A stretch of 64,000 bases of DNA from an uncultured delta proteobacterium (GTDB taxonomy: Bacteria > Desulfobacterota > Desulfomonilia > UBA1062), in assembly GCA_963785235.1 (NCBI GenBank), contig CAWAUM010000010.1:160001-224000 (forward strand). Reading direction: 5' to 3'. Of the stretch, positions 32,088 to 42,263 are shown piece after piece (position 1 is the first letter of the stretch; each line of letters begins with the position of its first letter). The notes below the pieces were generated by a model. The model was given only the letters and a program-made list of their open reading frames with translations, was not told the origin of the DNA and searched no databases. A program made the position numbers and the translations under genes.

Positions 32088-32197
32088 AGTGACTTCCTCT
32101 CGTTTTTTCCACATCAGGTATTATAAACCCTGATGCCTCTTCTCCGTTTACATGCATACCGTACTGTATTATGATAACGTCTTGAGGTTAACCCGCA

Positions 32198-32809
32198 ATG
32201 AATATTTCCGGAGAAACCCGACTGTGCCTCGTTATTGATGAAAACCAGTTGCACAATCTTTTTCTTATCCTGCAGTCCGGGTTCTTCCTGAAGATACAGG
32301 TGGGCTGCTCCCTGAAGACATTCCTCATGGAGGAGATCGGACTAAGCCCGGAGTTTATCGAAGACAAAATACAAACCATCTTTCTCGACGGTCAACCGGT
32401 GGATGACCTGGACTCTGCCATCGTCAAGGACGGTTCATCCCTGGCACTGTCTTCGGCCATGCCGGGACTTGTTGGGGCGGCCATGAGGCGGGGAGGCTTC
32501 TACGGTGCGCTGAGGTCATCCATAACCTACAAGGAAAAAGGGGGACCGGATATGGTTCATGAAGGCACTGTCCAGATAAAGCTCTATAACCTTCTCATGA
32601 AAGAACTGGGCGCCCTGTTTCTCATGAAAGGTATCTATTTATCTTCTTCAGATCTTGCAGGCTTCCTCTCTAATCAACCGGAATCTTTCTGGATGGCCTG
32701 CAAGGGTATTTCCCTGGACGATGAGCCCCTTTCCGTGGATGATCTCTTAAAAGGCAGTGGCCTATCACAGCATGAAACGACATACCTTACCGTTCGAACC
32801 AAAAACTAA
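32198..32809 (+). CDS. Hypothetical protein with internal ThiS/MoaD-like segment
   Basis: Clean 203-aa ORF with RBS GAGGT; IQTIFLDGQPVDDLDSAIVKDGSSLALSSAMPG. Confidence 0.7.
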   Translation: MNISGETRLCLVIDENQLHNLFLILQSGFFLKIQVGCSLKTFLMEEIGLSPEFIEDKIQTIFLDGQPVDDLDSAIVKDGSSLALSSAMPGLVGAAMRRGGFYGALRSSITYKEKGGPDMVHEGTVQIKLYNLLMKELGALFLMKGIYLSSSDLAGFLSNQPESFWMACKGISLDDEPLSVDDLLKGSGLSQHETTYLTVRTKN

Positions 32810-32914
32810 AATAATGCAATAAAGAATCACCGCTGCAGGCAGCAAGGTATTTAAGACCTTGCAGTTTTGAATAGGCCATCCACAACAAGCTGCTTCGGAA
32901 TTGACCCGACGTTA

Positions 32915-34064
32915 TTAGAATCCTTCCATGCGGGCGATTATCTCGCACATGACCTCATCCGCACCTGCGCCGATGGACATGATGCGGGAATCCCTGAAAT
33001 ACCGCGAGATGAGTGTCTCGTTCATGAAGCCCATACCCCCGAACATCTGCAGGCATCCGACTGGCGACCTCGGAGATCAGCTGGCCGGCACAGGAGTTTC
33101 CCCATGGATATTTCCCGGGTGACATCGAGGCCTTGCATCTTCATGCGTACGATATGGTAGGTCAGCTGTTTCAGGCTTTCATTCCTGGTGAGCCAGCCCA
33201 GCCAGGCGGTGCCGCAGCACCTGCTTGGTGATGAGGGGTTTACCGAACACGATGCGCTGCCTGAGGTAGTCCACCGTCATGTCGATCATGTCCTGCACGC
33301 TCACGTAGGTGCCGGGCAGCACGGCGAACCGTTCGTGCTGGAACTGCTTCATCTGGTAGATGAATCCCTCTCCCTCAGTGCCGATGAGGTTTTCCGCCGG
33401 CACCTGGACGTTGTCGAAGAAGAGCTCTGCCGTATCGCTGCTCCTGCAGGCCCACCTTGTCGAGCTTCTTGCTCACGGAAAACCCGGGGAGATCGGTGGG
33501 CACCACGAAGAGACTGAAGGAATGATACCCCGGCTCATCCCCGGTACGCGCCAGGAGGGTGAGGAAATCCGCCTGGGTCCCGTTGGTGATGAATGTCTTG
33601 GAGCCGTTGAGGATATACGCTGTCGCCTTTCTTGACCGCCCGCGTCCTGAGGGCAGAGACATCGGAGCCGGCATCGGGCTCGGTGACCGCAATGGCCGAT
33701 CACCAGGTCGCCCGCGATGGCTCGCCTTCAGGTATGTTTCTTTCAGGTACTCGCTCCCGAAGGCGGCAATGGCCGGTGTAGCCATGTTTGTCTGGACGGC
33801 GATGGCGGTGAAAACCCCCATGCCCTTGATATGCCCGATCTCCTCGAGCAGGACGGTCTCGTACCAGTAATCAAGCCCCTGGCCTCCGTACTTCGGGTAT
33901 CATACCGGATGCCCAGGAATCCGAGATCTCCCATCTTCTTGAAGAGATCATGGAGCGGGACGGTCTTTTCCTCCCATTCGTCGATGATGGGGATTAATCT
34001 CCTTGTCGATGAATCGCTTGATCGGATCTCCCGGAACGCTCTCATGCGTCTCGTTGAAATACAT
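32915..34064 (-). CDS. Acyl-CoA dehydrogenase, AtuD (citronellyl-CoA dehydrogenase)-like (multiple indels)
   Basis: MYFNETHE, IAVQTNMATPAI, NGSKTFITNGTQAD, YQMKQFQHER, IGAGADEVM. Confidence 0.85.
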
Positions 34065-34078
34065 GGTGCCCTCCTTTT

Positions 34079-34207
34079 TCAGGAACGGATTATCGATTCG
34101 GGCAGCTCAATAATTCGTGCCCTCAGGTACTCGCCAAGGGTCTTTGCTTGGGCATCCATGCGCAGGGATGCCGCCGCGCCTTCGCCCAGGATACCCCTGA
34201 GGTAGCA
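34079..34207 (-). pseudogene. Orphan 3' tail of a second atuA-like gene
   Basis: YLRGILGEGAAASLRMDAQAKTLGEYLRARIIELPESIIRS*, a paralog of the AtuA C-terminus that ends at 34264. Confidence 0.85.
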
Positions 34208-34263
34208 TGAGTATAGCCTTCAATCTCTCTGGGACATCAATCCCTTACAGATTGCTGCACCTA

Positions 34264-36048
34264 TCAGGCAGGCACTATGGATTCAGGCATCTCCACAAGG
34301 CGAGCCCGCAGATATTCGCCCAGGGTCTTTGCCTGGGGGTCCATGCGGAAAGAAGCTGCGGCGCCCTCCCCCAGGATACCCTTGATATAGAAGTTCACTG
34401 CCAGCAGATTGGGCAGTTCGTAACGGTCGATTTCATAGTCCTTCAGGTCTCTGAGCAGTTCCTTTAGTTGTTCGTGGTCAGAAACTTCTTAAGAAAGGCA
34501 TAGGCTTCGGGTGTTTTTGCCCACACCCCAAGGTTGGCATTGCCCCCCTTGTCGCCCGAGCGGGTTGCAAACACCCGTCCGAATGGTACACGGCTAGTCT
34601 TGCCACCGGGTGCTGCAGGGACATCCATTGCGAGGGGCTTGGGTGCCAAGAACCCTTGAACAGGCTTCACGCACTCCACGGTGAATTCCTTGTTCTCCAC
34701 TACTACCTTCTGGTGAATCCGGCTGTTGGAAACAAGTGCCGGCCAGTACACTATTGCCGGGCGTCCCCTTGGCAGGCGGCGCCGTACCGGTAAAGCCCGG
34801 GATATTGGCAAGGGCAAGCTCCACGATCTTGGACGAGATCTTGTCCACCTTTTTCTGGTCCGGGTCGAGGACAGTGATACGCAGATATGCGAAGGCCTCC
34901 TCATTTGTATCAGGGTTATCCTTGTTGGACCGGATAAGCTGGATCTCGGCCTTCAGAAACTGCCCTTTTCCCCCGATGGCATCGAAAAGTGCCTCTTCAA
35001 GGATGCGGGCCTTCTTATCGATGTCCAGTCCGGTAAGGATCACGGTCATGGAGTTACGATAGCCGCCCAAGGTGTTGATGCAGACCTTGGAGGTAGTGGT
35101 TGGCGGTTCCCCCTTGACGCCCTCCACCTGAACGCGGTCAGGACCTTGCCTGGGAGATCTTATGGTGTCGAAGCGGGCCACCATGTCAGGGGTCAGATAG
35201 CGTGGATCGCTGATCTCATAGAGGAGCTGAGCCTTGACCGTATCCACCGAAACGAGCCCGCCGGTTCCCGGATGCTTGGTGATGACGAACGAACCGTCAT
35301 CATGGATCTCGGCAATGGGGAAGCCCACCTTCTTGAAGCTCGGGACCTCATCGATAAAGGAATAGTTGCCGCCGGTGGCCTGGGCCCCGCACTCGATGAT
35401 GTGCCCGGCAGTTGTTGCGCCGGCAAGCCTGTCCCATTCATCGGGCTTCCAGCCGTGCCACCAGGCCGCGGGGCCGACAACAAGCGAGGCATCGGCAATG
35501 CGACCACCAACCACTATGTCTGCACCCTCTTCAAGGGCCTTTACGATTCCCCAGCACCCCAGGTAGGCATTTGCGGATATGACGATGGCCTTGGAGTCTT
35601 TCAGCGCGATGCCCTTGTCCAGGTGGGTTAAATCCTCACCGGATGCCTGGAGTTCAGCGAGGCGGGACATGAGATCATCCCCCTCGATATAGGCTATTTT
35701 CGGGTGCAGGCCCAGTTCGCCTGCGATGCGCATCAATTCGGCGGCCAGCCCCTTGGGATTCAGTCCGCCTGCATTCGATACCACACGGATTTTCTTATCA
35801 AGGCATTCACCCATGATCTGTTCCATCTGCCTTAAAAAGGTCGAGGCATAGCCGGCATTCGGATCCTTCATCTTGGTCCTGAAGAGGATAGCCATGGTCA
35901 GCTCTGCAAGGTAATCACCCGTGAGAAAATCAATGGGCCCGCCCTGCACCATCTCTCTGGCAGCACTCAATCGGTCGCCGAAGAATCCGCTGCAATTGGC
36001 TATTATGACCTTGTCCCTTTTATTGAAATCATTCACACCCATGGACAT
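34264..36048 (-). CDS. atuA: Acyclic terpene utilization AtuA family protein (DUF1446; indels near the 3' end)
   Basis: IANCSGFFGDR, GDYLAELTM, NAGGLNP, GHIIECGAQATGGNY, RSGDKGGNANLGVW, RMDPQAK. Confidence 0.88.
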
Positions 36049-36054
36049 CCTCCT

Positions 36055-36825
36055 TCATTTCCCTTTAAAAACCGGCTGCCGCTTCTCGATAAACGCCGTA
36101 ATGCCTTCCAGGGCGTCCTCGGTGGAGGCCACCTCGGCAATCTTTCCCGATAGGTAGTCCAGGGCATCTTCCAGCTCCATGTTTTCAGCTGCATGGAAGG
36201 CCTCCTTACCGATCTTCATGCCGATGGGGCTCTTGGCTGTGAGGCTTTTCAAGACTGCGTCAACTGCACTGTCCAGTTCCCCTGCAGGTACGACCCTTGT
36301 GATCAGGCCCATGGCAAGTGCATCGACAGCCTTGATCCTCTCTGCCAGCAGGATCATCTCCATGGCCTTTTTCCTCGGAATGTTCCGGAATATAAGGGCA
36401 CCTATCATCATGGGCCACAGGCCGACATTGACCTCGGGCGTGCCGAACTGGGAGTCGTCGCTTGCGATCACCATGTCGCAGGCGAGCATGAAACCCATTC
36501 CCCCTGCCAGGCAAAAACCCTTTACGCGGGCAACAGTAGGCTTGGGAAAGGAGGTGAGTCGTTTCAGCAGCTGCGCATAACCGGCAAACACCTTCTTGCC
36601 TTCTGTGGATAAGCTGTCTCCCAACTGGGCCCCTGTGCAGAAGGCCTTGTCCCCGGCACCGGTGACCAGGAGGGCACGGACATCCGCATCTTTGTCTGCC
36701 CTGTCCAGATATTCAAGAAAAAGATGTATGGCCTCCGGGGTAATGGCGTTCCGTTGCTGCTCGCGGTTTATCGTGATACGGGCTACATTGTTTTCTACAC
36801 TATAGAGAAGGTGTTCATCCGGCAT
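36055..36825 (-). CDS. Enoyl-CoA hydratase (AtuE/LiuC-like)
   Basis: ITINREQQRNA, AGGMG, FGTPEVNVGL, EGITAFIEKR. Confidence 0.9.
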   Translation of the reverse strand: MPDEHLLYSVENNVARITINREQQRNAITPEAIHLFLEYLDRADKDADVRALLVTGAGDKAFCTGAQLGDSLSTEGKKVFAGYAQLLKRLTSFPKPTVARVKGFCLAGGMGFMLACDMVIASDDSQFGTPEVNVGLWPMMIGALIFRNIPRKKAMEMILLAERIKAVDALAMGLITRVVPAGELDSAVDAVLKSLTAKSPIGMKIGKEAFHAAENMELEDALDYLSGKIAEVASTEDALEGITAFIEKRQPVFKGK

Positions 36826-36871
36826 GTGCACGTCCTCCCTCTGACGGGTCTCACTTATTTAAAAACCCTTT

Positions 36872-36917
36872 CTGAACAATATCATCATCTCACGAGTGAG
36901 ATGATGATATTGTTCAG
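36872..36917. repeat. Perfect 22-bp inverted repeat with a 2-nt spacer
   Basis: CTGAACAATATCATCATCTCAC-GA-GTGAGATGATGATATTGTTCAG. Confidence 0.95.
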
Positions 36918-36936
36918 GCCAATTTTTTTCTACCCT

Positions 36937-37460
36937 CTATTCTACTTCCGTTCTTTCTTCTACGGCCTTTTCAATATCAACAAGGACCTGTCCGGGCATG
37001 ACCTTTTCACCCTCGGCGACATTTACCTTCATCACCTTACCGGTAAATGGAGCCTGGAGTGTCGTCTCCATCTTCATGGCAGAAACAACCACGATACCCT
37101 GGCCCTTTTTCACTTCATCGCCTTCAGTTGTCATGATGCGCACCACCACCGATGGCATGGGTGGGGTGACCACCTGGGGCAGTTCCTTCAGCGACGACCT
37201 TTTCAGGCCGATTTGGGCCAGGGCATCGGCGTCCTGGACCAGATAGGTGATGCCGCACACATTGATGAGCTTGCCCTCCTGATTATCTGTAAGATAGGCG
37301 TTGATCCCGATGCCATCAACTTCGAGATGGATCTGGTTTGCTGATATGATGCGGAACCCCACCATGACATCCCTGCCATTGATCGTGGCTTTGATGATGT
37401 TATCGGTAAGGTCGGCATTGATGGGAAGTCCTGCCCGGCAATTCGTAAGGTATAGTTCAT
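36937..37460 (-). CDS. Biotin carboxyl carrier subunit (indel near the 5' end)
   Basis: SAMKME biotinylation motif. Confidence 0.88.
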
Positions 37461-37492
37461 GTCATGTCTCCGTTCTGAGTCCTTGCTTGCAC

Positions 37493-38981
37493 CTAGGGCC
37501 GGTAATTACCAAGGGTCATCCATGGCGAAAAGGTATCGGTATCTGCATGAGCAACAGTTGAAGGCCTCCTGCGGTTCGCCATCTCATCCACCAGGTATGC
37601 CAGGGCCACCAGGTCAGTGCCTTTGATGGATGGCAGCCAGTTCTCAAAATGGGTCTGGATAAAATCGGTGTAGGTCTCACCCCTGGCGAATGCATCCGAT
37701 GACAGGATGTCCACGAGGAACGGGATGGGGGTCAATACACCCAAGATCACATAGTCCTTCAAGGCCCTGATCATGCGGCATATGCAATCTTGTCTGTTGC
37801 CCGCATGAACGATCAGCTTGGAAAGGATGGGGTCATACTCCATGGGCACCGTGTAACCCGAATATATGCCTGAGTCATTCCTGATGCCAGGCCCGTGCGG
37901 CTCCTTGACAAACTGGATCTTTCCCGAAGAAGGCATGAAGGCGTTCAAGGGGTCTTCCGCATAGATGCGGCACTCAATGGCATGGCCTTGCCCTCTGATA
38001 TCCGACTGGGAGAGCCTTAAAAAGTTGCCTGCCGCGATCTCGATCTGCGCACGCACCAGGTCGATGCCCGTGATCATCTCGGTGATGGGGTGCTCCACCT
38101 GGAGGCGGGTGTTGACCTCGAGGAAATAGAAGCGGTTGTCCTGGTCAAGCAGGAACTCCACGGTCCCGGCATTCACATAGCCCGCAGCCTTTGCTGCAGC
38201 CACGGCAGCCTTGCCCATTTCGTCCCTGAGCTCAGGCGTCATGGCAGGAGACGGCGTCTCCTCGATGATCTTCTGGTGGCGGCGCTGGATGGAGCATTCC
38301 CGCTCAAGCAGATGGATCACATTCCCATGGGTATCGGCCAATACCTGGAATTCCACGTGCCGTGGCCTCTCAAGATACTTCTCCAGGTAGATATCACCGT
38401 TTCCGAAGGCGCTCCTGGCCTCCCTTGATGCTGATATACAGGCATCCTTGAACTCGGATTGAGTCCCAACTACCCTCATGCCCTTGCCGCCGCCGCCTGC
38501 TGCAGCCTTGATAAGGACCGGGTAGCCGATATTGCGGGCCTCTCGGGCAAGCACATCGACATCGGCCTCCGGCTGCATCATGCCGGGAATGACAGGTACA
38601 CCGCTGTTCATCATGGTCCTGCGTGCCACAGTTTTGTCGCCAAGATCCCTGATGGCCTTTGCAGGAGGCCCGATGAAAACGAGCCCCTCCTGTGAGCATC
38701 GCAGAGCAAATTGGGCGTTCTCAGCCAGGAACCCGTAGCCCGGGTGGATGGCCTGTGCCCCTGTCTGCTTGGCTGCAGCAATGATCTTGTCCATATTGAG
38801 GTAACTCTCGGTCGGCTCCGAAGAACCCAGGCTGACGAGCCTGGTCGGCCTCAAGGACATGAAGTGCATCACGGTCCACTTCGGAATGGACGGCCACGGT
38901 CTGAATGCCCATCTCTCGGCATGTGGCTATGATTCGTACAGCTATCTCGCCCCGGTTTGCGATGAGTATCTTGTCAAACAT
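37493..38981 (-). CDS. Biotin carboxylase subunit of an acyl-CoA carboxylase (frameshift near 38840)
   Basis: [54 protein letters not shown]. Confidence 0.93.
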
Positions 38982-39020
38982 CTGCGTTTTCCCCTGTGTT
39001 AGTGTTCTTTCTTTTATTGG

Positions 39021-39074
39021 CCTGTGCGTTTTCATCAACTTCGTCTTTTCGCGAAGTTGATGAAAACACACAGG
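39021..39074. repeat. 54-bp palindrome (23-bp arms, 1 mismatch)
   Basis: CCTGTGCGTTTTCATCAACTTCG-TCTTTTCG-CGAAGTTGATGAAAACACACAGG. Confidence 0.95.
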
Positions 39075-39144
39075 AACAGTTTTCTGCCATCGTTGTACTG
39101 CCTCCAAATATACAGACCGACTGCAATCATTGTTCTCCATTTTG

Positions 39145-39198
39145 CCTGTGTATTTTGAATGACTTCCGAAAAGATGGAAGTCATTCAAAATACACAGG
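39145..39198. repeat. 54-bp palindrome (perfect 23-bp arms)
   Basis: CCTGTGTATTTTGAATGACTTCC-GAAAAGAT-GGAAGTCATTCAAAATACACAGG. Confidence 0.95.
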
Positions 39199-39305
39199 GG
39201 TATAATAGACTTCTTAAAAGTGCCTCTTTCTATGAAATACAATGCCTAAGTGTTTCAGAGGCCTGTGCGTTCTACCCTTAAAAAAACCCCTGCCTTCATC
39301 ACCGC

Positions 39306-40923
39306 TCACATCCTGAAAATCCCGAAGCCCGTCACATCATCCCGGATCGGGGCATTCAATGCGGCAGAGATGGCAAGCCCGAGGACATTGCGCGTGTCTG
39401 CCGGGTCGAGGATTCCGTCGTCCCACAGGTTCGACGTGCTGTAGTACGCGTCACCCTGCATCTTGGCAGCCTCCACAATGGGCTTCCGGATGGCGTCCTC
39501 TTCTTCTGATGTCATGGGAGGAAGCCCTGCCTTGACGTTCTGGTCGTTCTTCAGGGTGATGAGCACCCCGGCTGCCTGCTCGCCACCCATGACCCCGATC
39601 TGTGCATTTGGCCACATCCACAGGAACCGCGGCGAATAGGCCCTGCCGCACATCCCGTAGTTGCCGGCACCGAATGATGCCCCAACAATGACCGTAAACT
39701 TGGGGACCGTGCAGGTGGAAACGGCATTCACCATCTTGTGCCCGTCCTTGGTGATGCCCTGCCGCTCATACTGCCTGCCGATGATGTAGCCGTTTATGTT
39801 CTGCAGGAACACCAGCGGTATCCCCCTGCGGTCGCAGAGCTGGATAAACTGGGTGGCCTTGAGTGCGCTGTCCGAAAACAATATGCCGTTATTCCCGAGT
39901 ATCCCCACCGGGTATCCGTGGATAGAGGCGAACCCGCACACGAGCGTTGGCCCGTAGAGCTCCTTGAACTCCAGGAACTCGCTGGCATCCACCATGCGTG
40001 CAATGATCTCCCTGCAATCGTAAGGCACTCTTCAGGTCCCTGCTCACGATCCCGTAGATCTCTTTTGCATCATAGACCGGCGGTTTGGGATCGCGCATGG
40101 TGAGCCTGGCCTTCTCGTTCTTGGGCAGATTCTTTACAATCTTGCGCACAATGGAAACGGCATGGGCGTCGTCCTGGGCAAAATAGTCCGAAACACCCGA
40201 CTCGATGCAGTGCACCTCGGCGCCGCCGAGCTGATCTGCGGTCACCTCTTCTCCCGTGGCAGCCTTGACAAGCGGCGGACCTCCCAGGAATATGGCGCCC
40301 GTGCCCTTCACGTGCACCACCTCGTCGGACATGGCGGGCACATACGCGCCCCCTGCCGTACACAACCCCATGACTGCGGTGATCTGAGGGATACCCATCT
40401 TGGAGATGACTGCCTGATTATAGAAAATCCTGCCGCCGTCATCGATGTCCGGAAAGATCTCCGACTGCATGGGCAGGTATGCCCCGGCAGAATCGAGCAG
40501 GTTGACCATGGGCAAACGGTTCTCCATGCAGATGGACTGGCAGCGCAGGTTCTTCTTGACCCCCATGGGGTAGACCGCCCCGCCCTTGATCATGGCGTCA
40601 CTTGCGACCACCAGCACCTCATGGCCTTCCACTATGCCTATGCCTGTCACAAGCCCGGCAGCATGGACCCGGCCGTCGTACATGCCCCTGGCGGCCATTG
40701 GCGCAATCTCCAGAAACGGGGTGTTCCTGTCAAGGAGAAGGTCGAGCTTTTTGCGCACCGGCATTTTGCCCTGGGCAGCCAGACGGTCGATATCCTTGGC
40801 TGGACGCTCCTCCCTGGCCTTTTTCAGCTCGGCCTTGAGGTCCGCCACCAGTGCATCCATGGCCTCGTAGTTCTTCTTGTATTCCTCAGAGTTGGTATCG
40901 ATTCTGGTCTCTATAACATCCAT
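39306..40923 (-). CDS. Carboxyltransferase subunit, methylcrotonyl-/geranyl-CoA carboxylase type (frameshift near 40030)
   Basis: [62 protein letters not shown]. Confidence 0.93.
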
Positions 40924-41005
40924 AATCTCGTCCTTATGTCTTTGATTGGTAGCTATTATTCTACTGATCCTGACCGCTCATATGACATATCTGTTTTTTA
41001 ATCGG

Positions 41006-41055
41006 ACCATTCAAATTCATCATCTGCCAGGTGGCAGATGATGAATTTGAATGGT
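41006..41055. repeat. Perfect 23-bp inverted repeat with a 4-nt loop
   Basis: ACCATTCAAATTCATCATCTGCC-AGGT-GGCAGATGATGAATTTGAATGGT. Confidence 0.95.
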
Positions 41056-41083
41056 TATATTTTCTCTCCCGTTACGACCTGCT

Positions 41084-42244
41084 CTACGCCTCGACAAACC
41101 TGTCCAGTTCCGCCTTTGCAATCAATGCCCTCTGCATCTCGGAGGTGCCTTCACAGATCTCTCCGAACTTGGCATCCCGGTAGATCCGTTCCATATCGCT
41201 ACCTGCAAGGTACCCATGCCCGGCAAAGATCTGCATGCCCCAGTTTGCTATCTTGGTTGCGGCCTCGCTGGCAAAAAGCTTTGCACTCGCCGCCAGCACC
41301 TGTGCCCCGTGTTCCGAGGTGTTGAACGCCCAGGCGGCCCTCATTGCAAGCATTCTCCCCAGGTCGTTGTAGGCGAACATGTCCGCAAGCTTGAAACCCA
41401 CATCCTGGTACATGCCGATGCGCCTGCCAAAGGCTGTCCTTGCCTTTGCATGGGCAGTTGAAATCTCCATGCAGGCCATACCAATTCCAACACACAGTGC
41501 CGCGATCCCCACCGTTCCCATGGTCAGTATGCGATCAAGTTGTTCACGGCCTTTTCCCGGTTCACTCCCCAAGACCCCTGATGCAGTACAATCACTCATG
41601 GCAACGGCAGCAATAGGAGCGCCCCGCAAACCCATAGTCTCGATGGGCTCCCCGATCATTAAGCCAACAGAATCTTTTTCAACAATAAAGATACCCATGC
41701 CACGCTCGGCGCCGGCATCTTTATCGTGATATGCAAGCACAAGCAGGACATCGGCTATGGGCGCGTTCACCACGATATCCTTTTTGCCGTTGATAACCCA
41801 CTTGTCATCGACCTTGCGTGCGACTGCAGCGATACCCTCTGTGTCCGAACCGGCCTGTTCTTCAGAGTGCGCAAAGGCGCCCACTATTTCAGCGTTCAAA
41901 AGAGCTGGGAGATACCGAAGTTTCTGCTCGGATGTTCCGAACAACTTCAATGCTCCGGCACACAAAAAGGCGCTTGCACGTGCGCTCAGGTACGTGGCCG
42001 GGCAGGCCTTTGCCATCTCTTCACCCGCAAGATAGAGTGCGATAAGGTCCAGGCAGTCTCCGGTGTGCCCTGCCTCCAGAACGCCCCCATTGGCGAGCAG
42101 TTTCAGGTTCTCCTTCATATACGTGCATGCGTCCCTTCGGGAGGAACAATCGAGCATCTTCGCCCTGGGCGAAATTTCATTCCGGCAGAACACGGAGATG
42201 TCCTGCTGCAGTTTCACTTCCTGTGGAGAAAGCTGGTAATCCAT
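41084..42244 (-). CDS. Acyl-CoA dehydrogenase
   Basis: AGSD, RTAFGRRIG, QIFAGHGY, ICEGTSEMQR. Confidence 0.92.
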   Translation of the reverse strand: MDYQLSPQEVKLQQDISVFCRNEISPRAKMLDCSSRRDACTYMKENLKLLANGGVLEAGHTGDCLDLIALYLAGEEMAKACPATYLSARASAFLCAGALKLFGTSEQKLRYLPALLNAEIVGAFAHSEEQAGSDTEGIAAVARKVDDKWVINGKKDIVVNAPIADVLLVLAYHDKDAGAERGMGIFIVEKDSVGLMIGEPIETMGLRGAPIAAVAMSDCTASGVLGSEPGKGREQLDRILTMGTVGIAALCVGIGMACMEISTAHAKARTAFGRRIGMYQDVGFKLADMFAYNDLGRMLAMRAAWAFNTSEHGAQVLAASAKLFASEAATKIANWGMQIFAGHGYLAGSDMERIYRDAKFGEICEGTSEMQRALIAKAELDRFVEA

Positions 42245-42263
42245 TCGTTCACCCCCTGTCCTT

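Noticed and set aside
39021-39198. Palindromic repeats as a mini-CRISPR array
   Set aside because: Only two copies, inverted and non-identical, 54 nt long; no cas genes in the window.
40162-41001. Long antisense ORFs (also 3526..4389, 34726..35631, 52344..53129, 60840..61826)
   Set aside because: They lie opposite well-supported genes, show no recognisable motifs, and are typical of GC-biased codon usage.
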